DNA of 40,647 nt from Callorhinchus milii (lineage: Eukaryota), in NCBI RefSeq assembly GCF_018977255.1, contig NW_024705484.1:1-40647 (forward strand), written 5' to 3'. The translations under genes were made by a program, and so were the position numbers. The notes under the pieces were generated by a model. The model ran no database searches. It was given only the letters and a program-made list of their open reading frames with translations, and was not told the origin of the DNA. This document shows positions 26,735-37,266 of this stretch, piece after piece; position 1 is the stretch's first letter; the number at the start of each line of letters is the position of its first letter.

Positions 26735-27292
26735 CTTCCGTGTCTCATGCTCATCCTCCAGTGTATCGACATCATGCCCTCTATGTTCTCCGGTAATGGT
26801 ACAGGCAACGCACACCAGGCTCGCGTCCTGCTTGCAGTAGAATTTGAGCTCCTCTTTGTGCTTCTTGCATCTTCTTTCCTCCAGGCTGACAATGGGAGCC
26901 ACCAGGACGTGGTCCATCAACTTGGGGTTTTTCAGATGAGGCTTCAGGTGGGACTCACAGAAGGAAGTCTCACACCTGAGGCAGGTCTTCACTGCAGGAG
27001 TCTCCCCATCACCACAGGCGTCACAGAAGACAACTGCAGCCATCCTCTCTCCAACTCTGAGCTGCTCCACCAGGTTGGCGAGCGCCACGTTCCTCTTCAG
27101 CTGGGGTCGCTCAGGGAAGGCCGCTCGGCACTGCGGGCAGCTGAAGCTGCTCGCTCTCTCCCAGGCACCGTCCAGACACCGGAGGCAGAACGAGTGTCCG
27201 CAGCTCAGCGTGGAGGGGCAGTCAAACGTGCCCAGGCAGATGGGGCAGCTCAGCTCACTGTCGACACAATCACTGGGAGACGCGCTCGCCAT
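26735..27292 (-). CDS. TRIM-family E3 ligase, coding exon 1 (RING + B-box1 + B-box2); TRIM16/25/47/finTRIM-like architecture
   Basis: ATG in gccATGg context at 27292 (MASASPSDCVDSELSCPIC). C3HC4 RING CPIC..CGHSFCLRC..CPQC, B-box1 CDAC..CLRCETSFCESHL..H, B-box2 CKKH..YCKQD..VCVAC..H..H. Ends at a phase-0 donor AAG|GTGAGT; 558 bp = 186 codons. Confidence 0.95.
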
Positions 27293-27374
27293 GGCCCATG
27301 GCTTCACTCGGACTCAGTCGCTCGCCGCGGCTCACAGAGGAGCTATCGCAGCAGCAGCAGCTGCTCACACAGCG

Positions 27375-27490
27375 GAGACGAACAAGGAAATGAACTTGAC
27401 TTCACCTGCAGTTAAGTTATAAATACCTCGAGACACGCCCTGGAATGTTCCACACGGCGGCTGGGCTCACCTGTGTAGACGTGGCGTTAC
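27375..27490 (-). promoter_or_regulatory. Putative TRIM proximal promoter (TATA-like, kappaB-like, E-boxes)
   Basis: TATTTATAA on minus strand at 27417-27425, GGAATGTTCC at 27442-27451, two TCACCTG at 27402 and 27467. The block is conserved in copies at ~28858, ~36020 and (internally deleted) ~1790. Confidence 0.55.
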
Positions 27491-28619
27491 AGTCACGCAC
27501 TGTGTAATAGCTAAAACGTATTTTTGTGTTTAGTTGTTCTCCTGCACTTCCAATTAGCACGGTTGGCTACGTACGGTGTGGAAGAAGTTCAACATACATA
27601 ACTTTGACCGGTCTCAAGTGATATAATATTTGTACAAACAAAACGCAGCAGCAGCAACCCGGGACACAGCGATAATGGTTTGTCCCACAGGCTGATTGAC
27701 CGGCTAGGTCAGGCTGTGTGCATTGCACACAGTGGAACCGCACCTTGTACAAACATTCTGATGTAAAGGTGAACTTGTTTTTTTCCATCTGTGTCTTTAT
27801 CCATTTTTTTCTTGCAAGGCCTGTTTTTTTAAGCTTCGCAGTCTGTAATCGTCTTCCACCTTTATCAACTAATAGTTAACTACTGGCTTCATGCACCTCT
27901 GTTCATCTGTCAATAATTGTTTAGTTTTTTTTATTCTGACTACACCGTATTATGCCGAGTGGACGGTGGTTGTATGTATGTTGAACTTCTTTTCACCGTA
28001 CGTAGTCAACCGTGCTAATCGAGGGTGTGTGGGTAGTGGGAGAGTATGTATGTTGAACTTATGTCGCAGCGTACGTAGCCACTCGTGCTAATCGAAGGTG
28101 CGGGTGGGTGGTGGTGGAGGATGAGTGAGTAAGTGGGGGGGGGTTATTTGGCGAGAGGGGAGACAGATGGGCAGGAGGATGGCGTGAAGGGTGGACGAGC
28201 AGGCGGTGAGAGAGGGCTGGAGGAAGGGTGGCTGGGAGGGCATGCGGTTGAGTTAGTGGTTACTTGGGTGGGTTGCCTCACGCATTACCACAGCGAACAG
28301 CCTCTGGCTAAACAAACATCGTGGTTCATTTAAGCTTATTATCTACATGACTTTCACTGTCCATTTTCCTATTATGCGTAAAAAAATCGAGGATTTAAAT
28401 CTTCATAACCTAAACAATATATATTCATCACCTATTGTTAATGTTAATATTTTACATCCTGGACTCACTGAGTTTGGTCGATTCTATAAATAAAAAACTA
28501 TTTTTATTTTACCAGGTAAGGCCCACTGAGGTATATAGCTCTTTTCAGAAGAGACCTGGCCACAAATAATAGCTCACAGACGTGGCTTATTACGTGGACA
28601 TTTCTAGCAGCCAAACACT

Positions 28620-28832
28620 CTAAACGCATGTTTCTGCGTGTGAAGGGAATAATTGGAGGATCCGGAGAAAATTCACGCGACTACGGGGAGAGAGACAAGC
28701 AAACATATTCTTAGGTTTTTTCGGTAAAGTCAAGCAAACTCCAAGTACATGTACAGGCGTCAGGGTCGGGATCGAACCGACGACCTCCTGTATACCAGGC
28801 GAGGTAGTTAACATCTTCCAGCCACCGCGACG
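28620..28832 (-). mobile_element. tRNA-derived V-SINE-like element (duplicate at ~35810-35992)
   Basis: Minus strand has box B GGTTCGATCCC, then a V-domain-like ggagtttgc..ctccccgt..cgcgtg..ttctccgg..ctcc..aaacatgc. Confidence 0.75.
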
Positions 28833-28857
28833 AGATGTAAAAAAATCACAGCAGAAC

Positions 28858-28975
28858 AACGAACAAGGAAACGAGCTGACTTCCCCTGCAGCTAAATTAT
28901 AAACACCACGAGACGCGCCCTGGAATGTTGCACGCGCAGCCCGCACTCACCTGTGTAGACGTGGCGTCACATTCA
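28858..28975 (-). promoter_or_regulatory. Orphan duplicate of the TRIM promoter
   Basis: Aligns by eye to 27375-27490 (gaacaaggaaa..tgacttc.cctgcag..ttataaa..cgccctggaatgtt..ctcacctgtgtagacgtggcgt). A SINE follows instead of a TRIM ORF. Confidence 0.7.
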
Positions 28976-29306
28976 CACACACAGTGTCAAGGTTAAAGAG
29001 TCGCAATTGATATATTTTTACAAAAACCCCACGGTAACCATGAAAACGGTGATGGTTTGTCCTACAGACTGGTTACACCCGCTTGGGTGAGGCTGTGTTT
29101 TCCACTGTAAACCTCACTGTGTAAATTCTTAATAAAGATTTAAAATTATAAATAGGCTATCGCGACAAATATTATCCATAAAACGTATTTTTGGGTTAGA
29201 TCGCTTAAATATAAAAGTGTCGTAAAACTCGCCACCACCCGACACAACCAATGAGTAAGGTTTGTCACGTAAACAAAATAATATTTAAAAATATTTTTAT
29301 TTTTTT

Positions 29307-29634
29307 AAACACGCTTTAATGAAATGTACCATTCTCCGAATGGCAGAACTCGACGACTCCAGGAAGTGGCCCCGAAGTTTGCCACAACGTAAGGGACCGT
29401 GGTGATTTACAGCAAACGTTAGTTGAGGGTGGACAATTAGACCCAAGCCGAAACATAACATGTAAAAAATTATGTTTAAAAATACTTGTTTTTATATAAA
29501 GTATAGTATTGTCATCAGTATGACGTAAGTATACCAAGTTTGCAGTCGATACCACATTGGGAAGTGGGTTAAAATTGAGTTACAAGATTTGAGGATACGA
29601 CAACAACAACAGTGAGTTCAATAAAAGCGTGTAA
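29307..29634. mobile_element. Non-autonomous DNA element with short inverted ends (possibly Helentron/HINE-like)
   Basis: acacgctttaat .. ataaaagcgtgt inverted ends in T/A-rich flanks. Absent from the paralogous copy at ~36675. Confidence 0.55.
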
Positions 29635-29852
29635 TAATAAGAAAAAGAAACATTCCCGCTAGGGTGAGGCTGTGCGTTTTGCCCAGCAAACCACACAGCT
29701 GTCAGTTTGTATTCAAGGTTTAACAAAAAAAGATTCCCCTAAACCAGGGGGTTCAGAAACCAAAACAAAAAGGAGAGACATTTTTTCTTATTTTTTATAA
29801 TTCGGTAAGTAAAATAGAATCCAACCAACTCATTATTTCAAGAGCCGCAATG

Positions 29853-30100
29853 CAACGTGGTGTGAGTACGAGACACGGTAGTGGTCGTTGATAAGTAAAA
29901 ACGTGGTGTGAGTACGAGAGACGGTGCTGGTCCTTGATAAATAAGAACGTGGTGTGAGTACGAGAGACGGTGCTGGTGGTGGTCCTTGATAAATAAGAAC
30001 GTGGTGTGAGTACGAGAGACGGTGGTGGTGGTGGTGCGTGATAAATAAGAACGTGGTGTGAGTACGAGAGACGGTGGTGGTGCGTGATAAATAAAAACGT
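29853..30100. repeat. ~46-52-bp minisatellite, about 5 units (about 3 units at 36861-37012)
   Basis: Unit aacgtggtgtgagtacgagagacggtg(gtg)n..tgataaataag. Confidence 0.9.
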
Positions 30101-30459
30101 CTCACGAAGCAGCCGTCCCTCAAAGAGCCGCACGCTGCTACGGAGCTGCAAGTTGACGACCCCGTGCCCTGAACCAACTGGCGTGAGCGTCAAGTAATAA
30201 TAATACTTTCATTAGTATAATGTAATAATAATAAATTATTACTTAATTGGAAATGGATAATAATAAAATAATGATTTAGCTATTTTGTATGTATTGTTAA
30301 CTTAATTATAATTAAATAACTGTTTAATACTGACACCTAAACAATAATTAAATAATAAATAATTGCTCGTGCTATACCACTGACGCTAATGCAATAATTG
30401 TATTTTTATAATTAAATAATAAATTTCTACTGATTACATAATCATTCAGTAATGGTAAT

Positions 30460-30835
30460 ATAATAATAATTCACATTTACAAAGCGCCCTTAAACAATCG
30501 CTCTCGGGGTGCTATGCATGGTAAGTCAGAAAATAGTGAACATCACCCAATGAAAGAAGAGAGAAGGACATTTGAACATCACTAAAGGGAGAAAGTCATT
30601 TTACACAGAGACGGCTTTAGTGGAGATGTGAAGATGAGCAGTGTCTCGGAAGTCCCCTTGACCTCGAAGGGCAACGAGTTGCAGAGTGTAGGTGCCATAA
30701 TTGCCAACGCACCTCCACGTGTGAAGCCTGGAGACGGTGGGACAGTGAGGAATGCACAAGCTGAGGATCTTGACGATCTTGATGGAATATTCGTGGCTGA
30801 AGGAGATCATGAATGTAGGGAAGAGCAAGTCCATT
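30460..30835 (-). mobile_element. L2-clade LINE 3' end
   Basis: Minus-strand SRSSRSSACAFLTVP..RGGALAIMAPTLCNSLP..IFTSPLKPSL resembles the L2 ORF2 C-terminus. Ends gcgctttgtaaat..(att)n. Confidence 0.75.
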
Positions 30836-31009
30836 TAAGGCGAAGGCGAGTTGGTTGGAGCTGCCTTTTTCTCGTTTCTGTCATTGCCTCTTCCTTTTGC
30901 AAGGATCTGTTTACGCTTTGCAGTTTTTACTTGGTCTCATTATCTTCATTAGAATATCTGCGAAACGGGTTTATTCCTGGGGGAGATGTTCTTCCTGGTT
31001 AATGGCGGC

Positions 31010-33846
31010 TGGTGAGTAGTGTGTGTGGATGGTGAGTGGTGTGTGGATGTTGAGTGATGAGAAGTGTGTGTGTATGGTGAGTGGTAATGTGTGTGGATGG
31101 TGAGTAGAGTGTGTGGATGGTGAGTAGTGTGTGTGGATGGTGAGTAGTGTGTGTGGATGGTGAGTGGTGAGTAGTGTGTGTGGATGGTGAGTGGTGAGTA
31201 GTGTGTGTGGATGGTGAGTAGTGTGTGGATGTCGAGTGGTGAGTAGTGTGTGTGGATGGTGAGTGGTGAGTAGTGTGTGTGGATGGTGAGTAGTGTGTGG
31301 ATGGTGAGTGGTGAGTAGTGTGTGTGGATGGTGAGTAGTGTGTGGATGTCGAGTGGTGAGTAGTGTGTGTGGATGGTGAGTGGTGAGTAATGTGTGTGTA
31401 TGGTGAGTGGTGAGTAGTGTGTATGGATGGTGAGTAATGTGTGTGGATGGTGAGTGGCGAGTAGTGTGTGTGATGAGTAGTTTGTGTGTGTGGGGAGTAG
31501 TTTGTGTGGATGGTGAGTAATGTGTGTGGATGATGAGTGGTGAGTAGTGTGTGTGGATGGTGAGTGGTGAGTAATGTGTGTGTATGGTGAGTGGTGAGTA
31601 GTGTGTGTGGATGGTGAGTAGTGTTTGGATGTTGAGTGGTGAGTAGTGTGTGTGGATGGTGAGTGGTGAGTAGTGTGTGTGTATGGTGAGTGGTGAGTAG
31701 TGTGTGTGGATGGTGAGTGGTGAGTAGTGTGTGTGGATGGTGAGTGGTGAGTAGTGTTTGGATGTTGAGTGGTGAGTAGTGTGTGTATATGGTGAGTGAT
31801 GAGTAGTGTGTGTGGATGGTGAGTGGTGAGTAGTGTGTGTGTATGGTGAGTGGTGAGTAATGTGTGTGTGGATGGTGAGTGGTGAGTAGTGTGTGTGTAT
31901 GGTGAGTGGTGTGTGTGGATGGTGAGTGGTGAGTAGTGTGTGTGGATGGTGAGTGGTGAGAAGTGTGTGTGGATGGTGAGTAGTGTGTGTGGATGGTGAG
32001 TAGTGTGTGTATGGTGAGTGGTGAGTAATGTGTGTGGATGGTGAGTGGTGAGTAGTGTGTGTGGATGGTGAGTCGTGAGTAGTGTGTGTGGATGGTGAGT
32101 GGTGATTCGTGTGATGAGTAGTTTGTGTGGATGGTGAGTAATGTGAGTGGATTGTGAGTGGTGAGTAGTGTGTGTGCATGGTGAGTGGTGAGTAGTGTGT
32201 GTGGATGGTGAGTTGTGAGTAGTTTGTGTGGATGGTTAGTAGTGTGTGGATGGTGAGTGGTGAGTAGTGTGTGTGGATGGTGAGTGGTGAGTCGTGTGTG
32301 TGGATGGTGAGTGGTGAGAAATGTGTGTGGATGGTGAGTGGTGAGTAGTGTGTGTGGATGGTGAGTGGTGAGTAGTGTGTGTGGATTGTGAGTAGTGTGT
32401 GTGGATGGTGAGTAGTGTGTGTGGATGGTGAGTGGTGAGTAGTTTGTGTGGATGGTTAGTAGTGTGTGGATGGTGAGTGGTGAGTAGTGTGTGTGGATGG
32501 TGAGTGGTGAGTAGTGTGTGTGGATGGTGAGTGGTGAGTAGTGTGTGTGGATGGTGAGTAGTGTGTGTGGATGGTGAGTAGTGTGTGTGGATGGTGAGTA
32601 GTGTGTGTGGATGGTGAGTGGTGAGTCGTGTGTGTGGATGGTGAGTCGTGTGTGTGGATGGTGAGTGGTGAGTAGTGTGTGTGGATGGTGAGTGGTGAGT
32701 AGTGTGTGTGGATTGTGAGTAGTGTGTGTGGATGGTGAGTAGTGTGTGTGGATGGTGAGTGGTGTGTGTGGATGGTGAGTGGTGAGTAGTTTGTGTGGAT
32801 GGTTAGTAGTGTGTGGATGGTGAGTGGTGAGTAGTGTGTGTGGATGGTGAGTGGTGAGTAGTGTGTGTGGATGGTGAGTGGTGAGAAATGTGTGTGGATG
32901 GTGAGTGGTGAGTAGTGTGTGTGGATGGTGAGTAGTGTGTGTGGATGGTGAGTGGTGAGTAGTGTGTGTGGATGGTGAGTAATGTGTGTATATGGTGAGT
33001 GGTGAGTAGTGTGTGTGGATGGTGAGTGGTGAGTAGTGTGTGTGTATGGTGAGTGGTGAGTAATGTGTGTGTGGATGGTGAGTGGTGAGTAGTGTGTGTG
33101 TATGGTGAGTGGTGTGTGTGGATGGTGAGTGGTGAGTAGTGTGTGTGGATGGTGAGTGGTGAGTAGTGTGTGTGCATGGTGAGTAGTGAGTAGTGTGTGT
33201 GCATGGTGAGTAGTGTGTGTGGATGGTGAGTGGTGAGTAGTGTGTGTGGATGGTGAGTAATGTGTGTGGATGGTGAGTGGTGAGTAGTGTGTGTGGATGG
33301 TGAGTAGTGTGTGTGGATGGTGAGTGGTGAGTAGTGTGTGTGGATGGTGAGTAGTGTGTGTATGGTGCGTGGTGAGTAATGTGTGTGGATGGTGAATGGT
33401 GAGTAGTGTGTGTGGATGGTGAGTAGTGTGTGTGGATGGTGAGTGGTGAGAAATGTGTGTGGATGGTGAGTGGTGAGTAGTGTGTGTGGATGGTGAGTGG
33501 TGAGTAGTGTGTGTGGATGGTGAGTAGTGTGTGTGGATGGTGAGTGGTGAGTAGTGTGTGTGGATGGTGAGTGGTGAGAAATGTGTGTGGATGGTGAGTG
33601 GTGAGTAGTGTGTGTGGATGGTGATTGGTGAGAAATGTGTGTGGATGGTGAGTGGTGAGTAGTGTGTGTGGATAGTGAGTAGTGTGTGTGGATGGTGAGT
33701 AGTGTGTGTATGGTGAGTGGTGAGTAGTGTGTGTGTGCATATGAGATGGTGAGTAGTGTGTGGATGGTGAGTGGTGAGTAATGTGTGTGGATGGTGAGTG
33801 GTGAGTAGTGTGTGTGCATATGGGATGGTGAGTAATGTTTGTGAGT
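31010..33846. repeat. 2.8-kb satellite built from TGGTGAG and TAGTGTGTGTGGA modules (20/27-bp units)
   Basis: Directly visible tandem array. Confidence 0.97.
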
Positions 33847-33943
33847 ATCGGCTGGTTTGTCGTGTGTAGATGCTGAGTGGTGAGTATTTGTATCAGGGCT
33901 CGCAGATAGACAAGAAACAAGGATGTAAAATTACTTTACACGG

Positions 33944-34095
33944 GGTTACAAACCTCACGAGGTACCCCCATGGAATGTGCTCAGATGTTTAAGGAATGTA
34001 AAAACAAGCCCCGCATCACACAACCCTGTCTAGATGTACCTGTAGATTCGCGCCCTTGGCTTTAACAAGCACCAGCGTGTGTCACGCTAACGCTC
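33944..34095 (-). pseudogene. Second degenerate remnant homologous to 1540-1700
   Basis: Shares ggttacaaacctcacgag..tggaatgtgctcag..ctgtctaga..ggcttt with 1542-1700. Frameshifted and contains stops. Confidence 0.45.
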
Positions 34096-34102
34096 ATTAT
34101 TT

Positions 34103-35556
34103 CCCGCCTGTTGATTGGCCAAAACAACATTTACAATCGGGGATGTTTACACGAAAAAAAGTGTTTCTATATTTAAAAGTTTAAATACAATAACATGTTT
34201 AAAACATGCTTTAAAGTTGAATTACAATTGAATAAAATAATTTGTCTTGCTATGACCCACGGAGAGAGAAACCATTACCAACCACAGGGGTGATTCTATT
34301 CCATTATTTCACAATGTTACGACTAAAACTTTACCATATTCCGTCTATTCAAATTGTAATAAGTTAAATATTGTACAATAACGGTTACAGTGATTTTATA
34401 ATGCTGTATCTTGCTTTGTACGTTTATGTTTTAAAGTAAAAGTTAATGCAAAATTATTGCTACCCCCCCCTTCCCGCTGAGTGAGTGGTACATTCCGAAC
34501 AGCCCAACAGCTACGGTGAGCAATGTGGATCAAAGCAGCTACCGGTAACGCGATTTGTTATTATCACAGATGTTAATTTGGCATCTTTGGACTGACGTAC
34601 ATCAGAATCGGAATATTTATACTGCAGGAGGAATCCGATGACCTGTAAAGCTCTTTGTAACAGATGTCCAGTAGGGGCACGGGGTAAGAACGTTACAACA
34701 ACAAACAGTACACAAACATGATAGTAGCGCAAGTACAAGGAAAGTTAACACATCACCATAACACACCTAACAGTATTCTTAGGTTTTTTCGGTAAAGTCA
34801 CGTAGGTAAAAATTCTAAATAAAAATTAATAAAAGTAAAATAAAAATAAAATAAAAATCACGACGTTTCGGAGGCAACACAAGCTTCCGTCTTGCCTCCG
34901 AAACGTCGTGATTTTTATTTTATTTTTTAATTTACTTTTATTACTTATAATTTTTACCTACGTGACTTTACCGAAAAAACCTAAGAATATGAATCCTTGC
35001 AGTCACGAAAGCTTCAAATCTAGAACACCTAACAGTAGTTTAACACGTAAAGCTTTCGCGACCAATAACCATTATACAGTTTTAATGGCGGTTAACCATC
35101 AAACCCAGACAACCTGCATTATGGACATCTACAGTATATATAAATATAAAAGTTAGTAGTTCCCTGCGTCTTGTTGACATTCGGGTGATTGCCACAAAGT
35201 GCTTTGCTTTATCCACCGCTTTCTTTGTTGTCGGAGTGCAGCGACGACTTCGCCTTGGCTCCGTGTCGCCATGGACTGCGTCTGTAGCGCGTTGTGGCGA
35301 ACGGCGTGCGGGTGGTGCAGCTCGTTGACGCACAGCAGCTGCTGCTGCTGTTGTTGTTGTACAACATTAATGGTTGACGCCTCATCAATGTCTCTTTCAA
35401 TTCACTACACGCGATTTATCACCGATGTGACTTCTTACTTTGACGACAGACGCTTCTCATCGTTCTTGATTTGAAGCTGTCGTGACTGCAAGAATCCATA
35501 CTCTTTGATTGTTTCGGTAAAAAAAATATCTACGTGACTTTACCGAAAGAACCAAG
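34103..35556 (+). repeat. Segmental duplication Y, copy 2
   Basis: Direct repeat of 1-1380 with small indels. Confidence 0.95.
34776..35024. mobile_element. Palindromic Penelope-like element end with 13-bp TSD
   Basis: Duplicate of 673-914, flanked by the direct repeat acacctaacagta at 34763-34775 and 35025-35037. Confidence 0.8.
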
Positions 35557-36019
35557 AATATAAAATATATTGTTCAATGTTTAAAATCGTCAATACCTAA
35601 ACAAAAGAAGTCTTCATCACCTATTCTTGTCAATGTCAACATTTTACATCCTTTACTCTGGCTGATTTTGGCAAATTCTATAAAAAATATTTCTTTATAT
35701 TTTACCAGGTAAAATCCACTGAGCTATGTAGCTCTTTCTTTAAGCGACCTGGCCACGATTGAAAGCTCAACAAAGTGGCTTTTCGCGTGGATATTTTTTC
35801 AGCCAAAAACTTTAAACGCGTGACGTTGATTCTAAATGTCGAGGGGAAACCAGAGGAAGCAGAAAAAAATCCACGGGACCACGGCGAGAGGGACACGCAA
35901 ACTACAAATATACAGCAGGCGTCAGGGTTGGAATGGAACCCACGACCTCCTGTATACCAGGCAAGGTAGTTAACATCTCCTAGCCACCGAAGCGATATGT
36001 AAAAAGCATGGAGCAGCCA

Positions 36020-36137
36020 CGACGAACAAGAAAACGATCTGACTTCACCTGCAGTTAAATTATGAACACCACTAGACTCGCCCTGGAATGTTCCCCGCGG
36101 CAGCCCGTGCTCACCTGTGTAGACGTGGCGTTACATT
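36020..36137 (-). promoter_or_regulatory. Second orphan duplicate of the TRIM promoter
   Basis: Same motif block. The TATA-like element is altered (ttatgaa); the kappaB-like site reads GGGGAACATTCC on the minus strand. Confidence 0.7.
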
Positions 36138-36389
36138 TGTAATGTAGCTCTCAGAGACACCGTCTTATTCTTCACGTATATTTATTATGAATAAAGTCTG
36201 CTGACAACTTAACGAGTAACCGCGAGTGACGATATACACTTGGGTAATTAGACGACTCTATTCTGATGAGACAATGTAATTCTAGCCTCAAGACTACTCA
36301 GAGACGATGGAGACGACGGCGATTCCCCACAACAACAGCTCCCAGGTCTGATTTGCACCGGCTCTTATTCAATCTCCGCCCTTGTTACA
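36138..36389. mobile_element. Probable solo LTR
   Basis: TGTAA..TTACA termini. Absent at the equivalent site in the paralogue (28970); TSD imperfect. Confidence 0.55.
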
Positions 36390-37174
36390 CTTCACGCCCA
36401 TTGGGTCACGTGCTTCCCCTCACGTGATCCTGTCAACGCTCGTCCCATCAATCATCATTAGCACTTCAATTAGTAACCATGGTCCCGGTGAGCCGTACTG
36501 TCCCTCTATCGCTTCGTACTGTCTTTTCAGATTAAAAAATATAAGTAGGCTAATCGCGACCAATATTATTCATTAAACGTGTTTTTGGGTTAGATCGCGT
36601 AAATATTTAACGTGTCGTTAAACCCGCCACCACCCGACACAATCAATGAGAAAGGTTTGTCACGTAAACAAAACCTTCTGGCGAGGGTGAGGCTGTGCAT
36701 TTTGCCCAGCAAACCACACCGCTGTCAGATCGTATTCAGGGTTTAAAAAACCGATTCCCCTAAACCAGGGGGTTCAGAAACCAAAATAACGAGACATTTC
36801 TTATTTGTTACAATTCGGTAAGTAAAAAAACCCAACACGTTATTTCAAGAGCCGCAATTCAACGTGGTGTGGGTACAAGACGGTGGTGGTGGTCCTTGAT
36901 AAATAAGAATGTGGTGTGAGAACGTGACATGGTGGTGGTGGTCCTTGATAAATAAGAATGTGGTGTGCGTACGGGAGACCGTGGTGGTGGTAGTCCGTGA
37001 TAAATAAGAACGTCTCACGAAGCAGCCGTCCCTCAAACAGCCGCACGCCGCTACGGAGCTGCAGGTTGCCGACCCTGTGCTCTGAACCAACTGGCGTGAG
37101 CGTCAAGTAATAATAATAATTTAATACTCTTTGGTTCTTTCGGTAAAGTCACGTAGGTATAAAATAAATTAAAT

Positions 37175-37215
37175 CACGACGTTTCGGGCGCAACACAAGC
37201 GTCCGTCATCAGGTG
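37175..37215 (-). ncRNA. Minimal type I hammerhead ribozyme (Penelope-like element associated)
   Basis: Minus strand reads CAC-CUGAUGA-C-GGACGC-UUGUGUU-GCGCCC-GAAAC-GUC-GUG. Both catalytic boxes are intact, stem II has one mismatch, stem III is the palindromic ACGU, the cleavage triplet is GUC, and stem I is CAC/GUG. Confidence 0.85.
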
Positions 37216-37266
37216 GGACAACCACGACAAGAAACAATACGGGTAAACCCATATGGGTTGACAGGT

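Larger units (their letters stand above)
28395..30206 (+). repeat. Segmental duplication A, copy 1 (partner 35581-37120)
   Basis: Colinear, more diverged match including the SINE, promoter copy, minisatellite and the ending ggcgtgagcgtcaagtaataataata. Confidence 0.9.
35581..37120 (+). repeat. Segmental duplication A, copy 2
   Basis: Colinear with 28395-30206 but carries different insertions. Confidence 0.9.

Noticed and set aside
26747..27422. Plus-strand ORFs of 222 and 115 aa
   Set aside because: Antisense shadows of the GC-rich TRIM exon 1.
29853..30100. Repeat array as CRISPR
   Set aside because: No unique spacers, no cas genes, eukaryotic context; it is a minisatellite. The same applies to the 77-bp array.
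30971..33920. Long His/Thr/Pro-rich ORFs (973, 402 and 338 aa)
   Set aside because: They arise from a satellite strand that rarely forms stop codons, are open in several frames, and have no domain content.
36262..36310. CTGATGAG motif
   Set aside because: No downstream GAAA box with a pairing stem.
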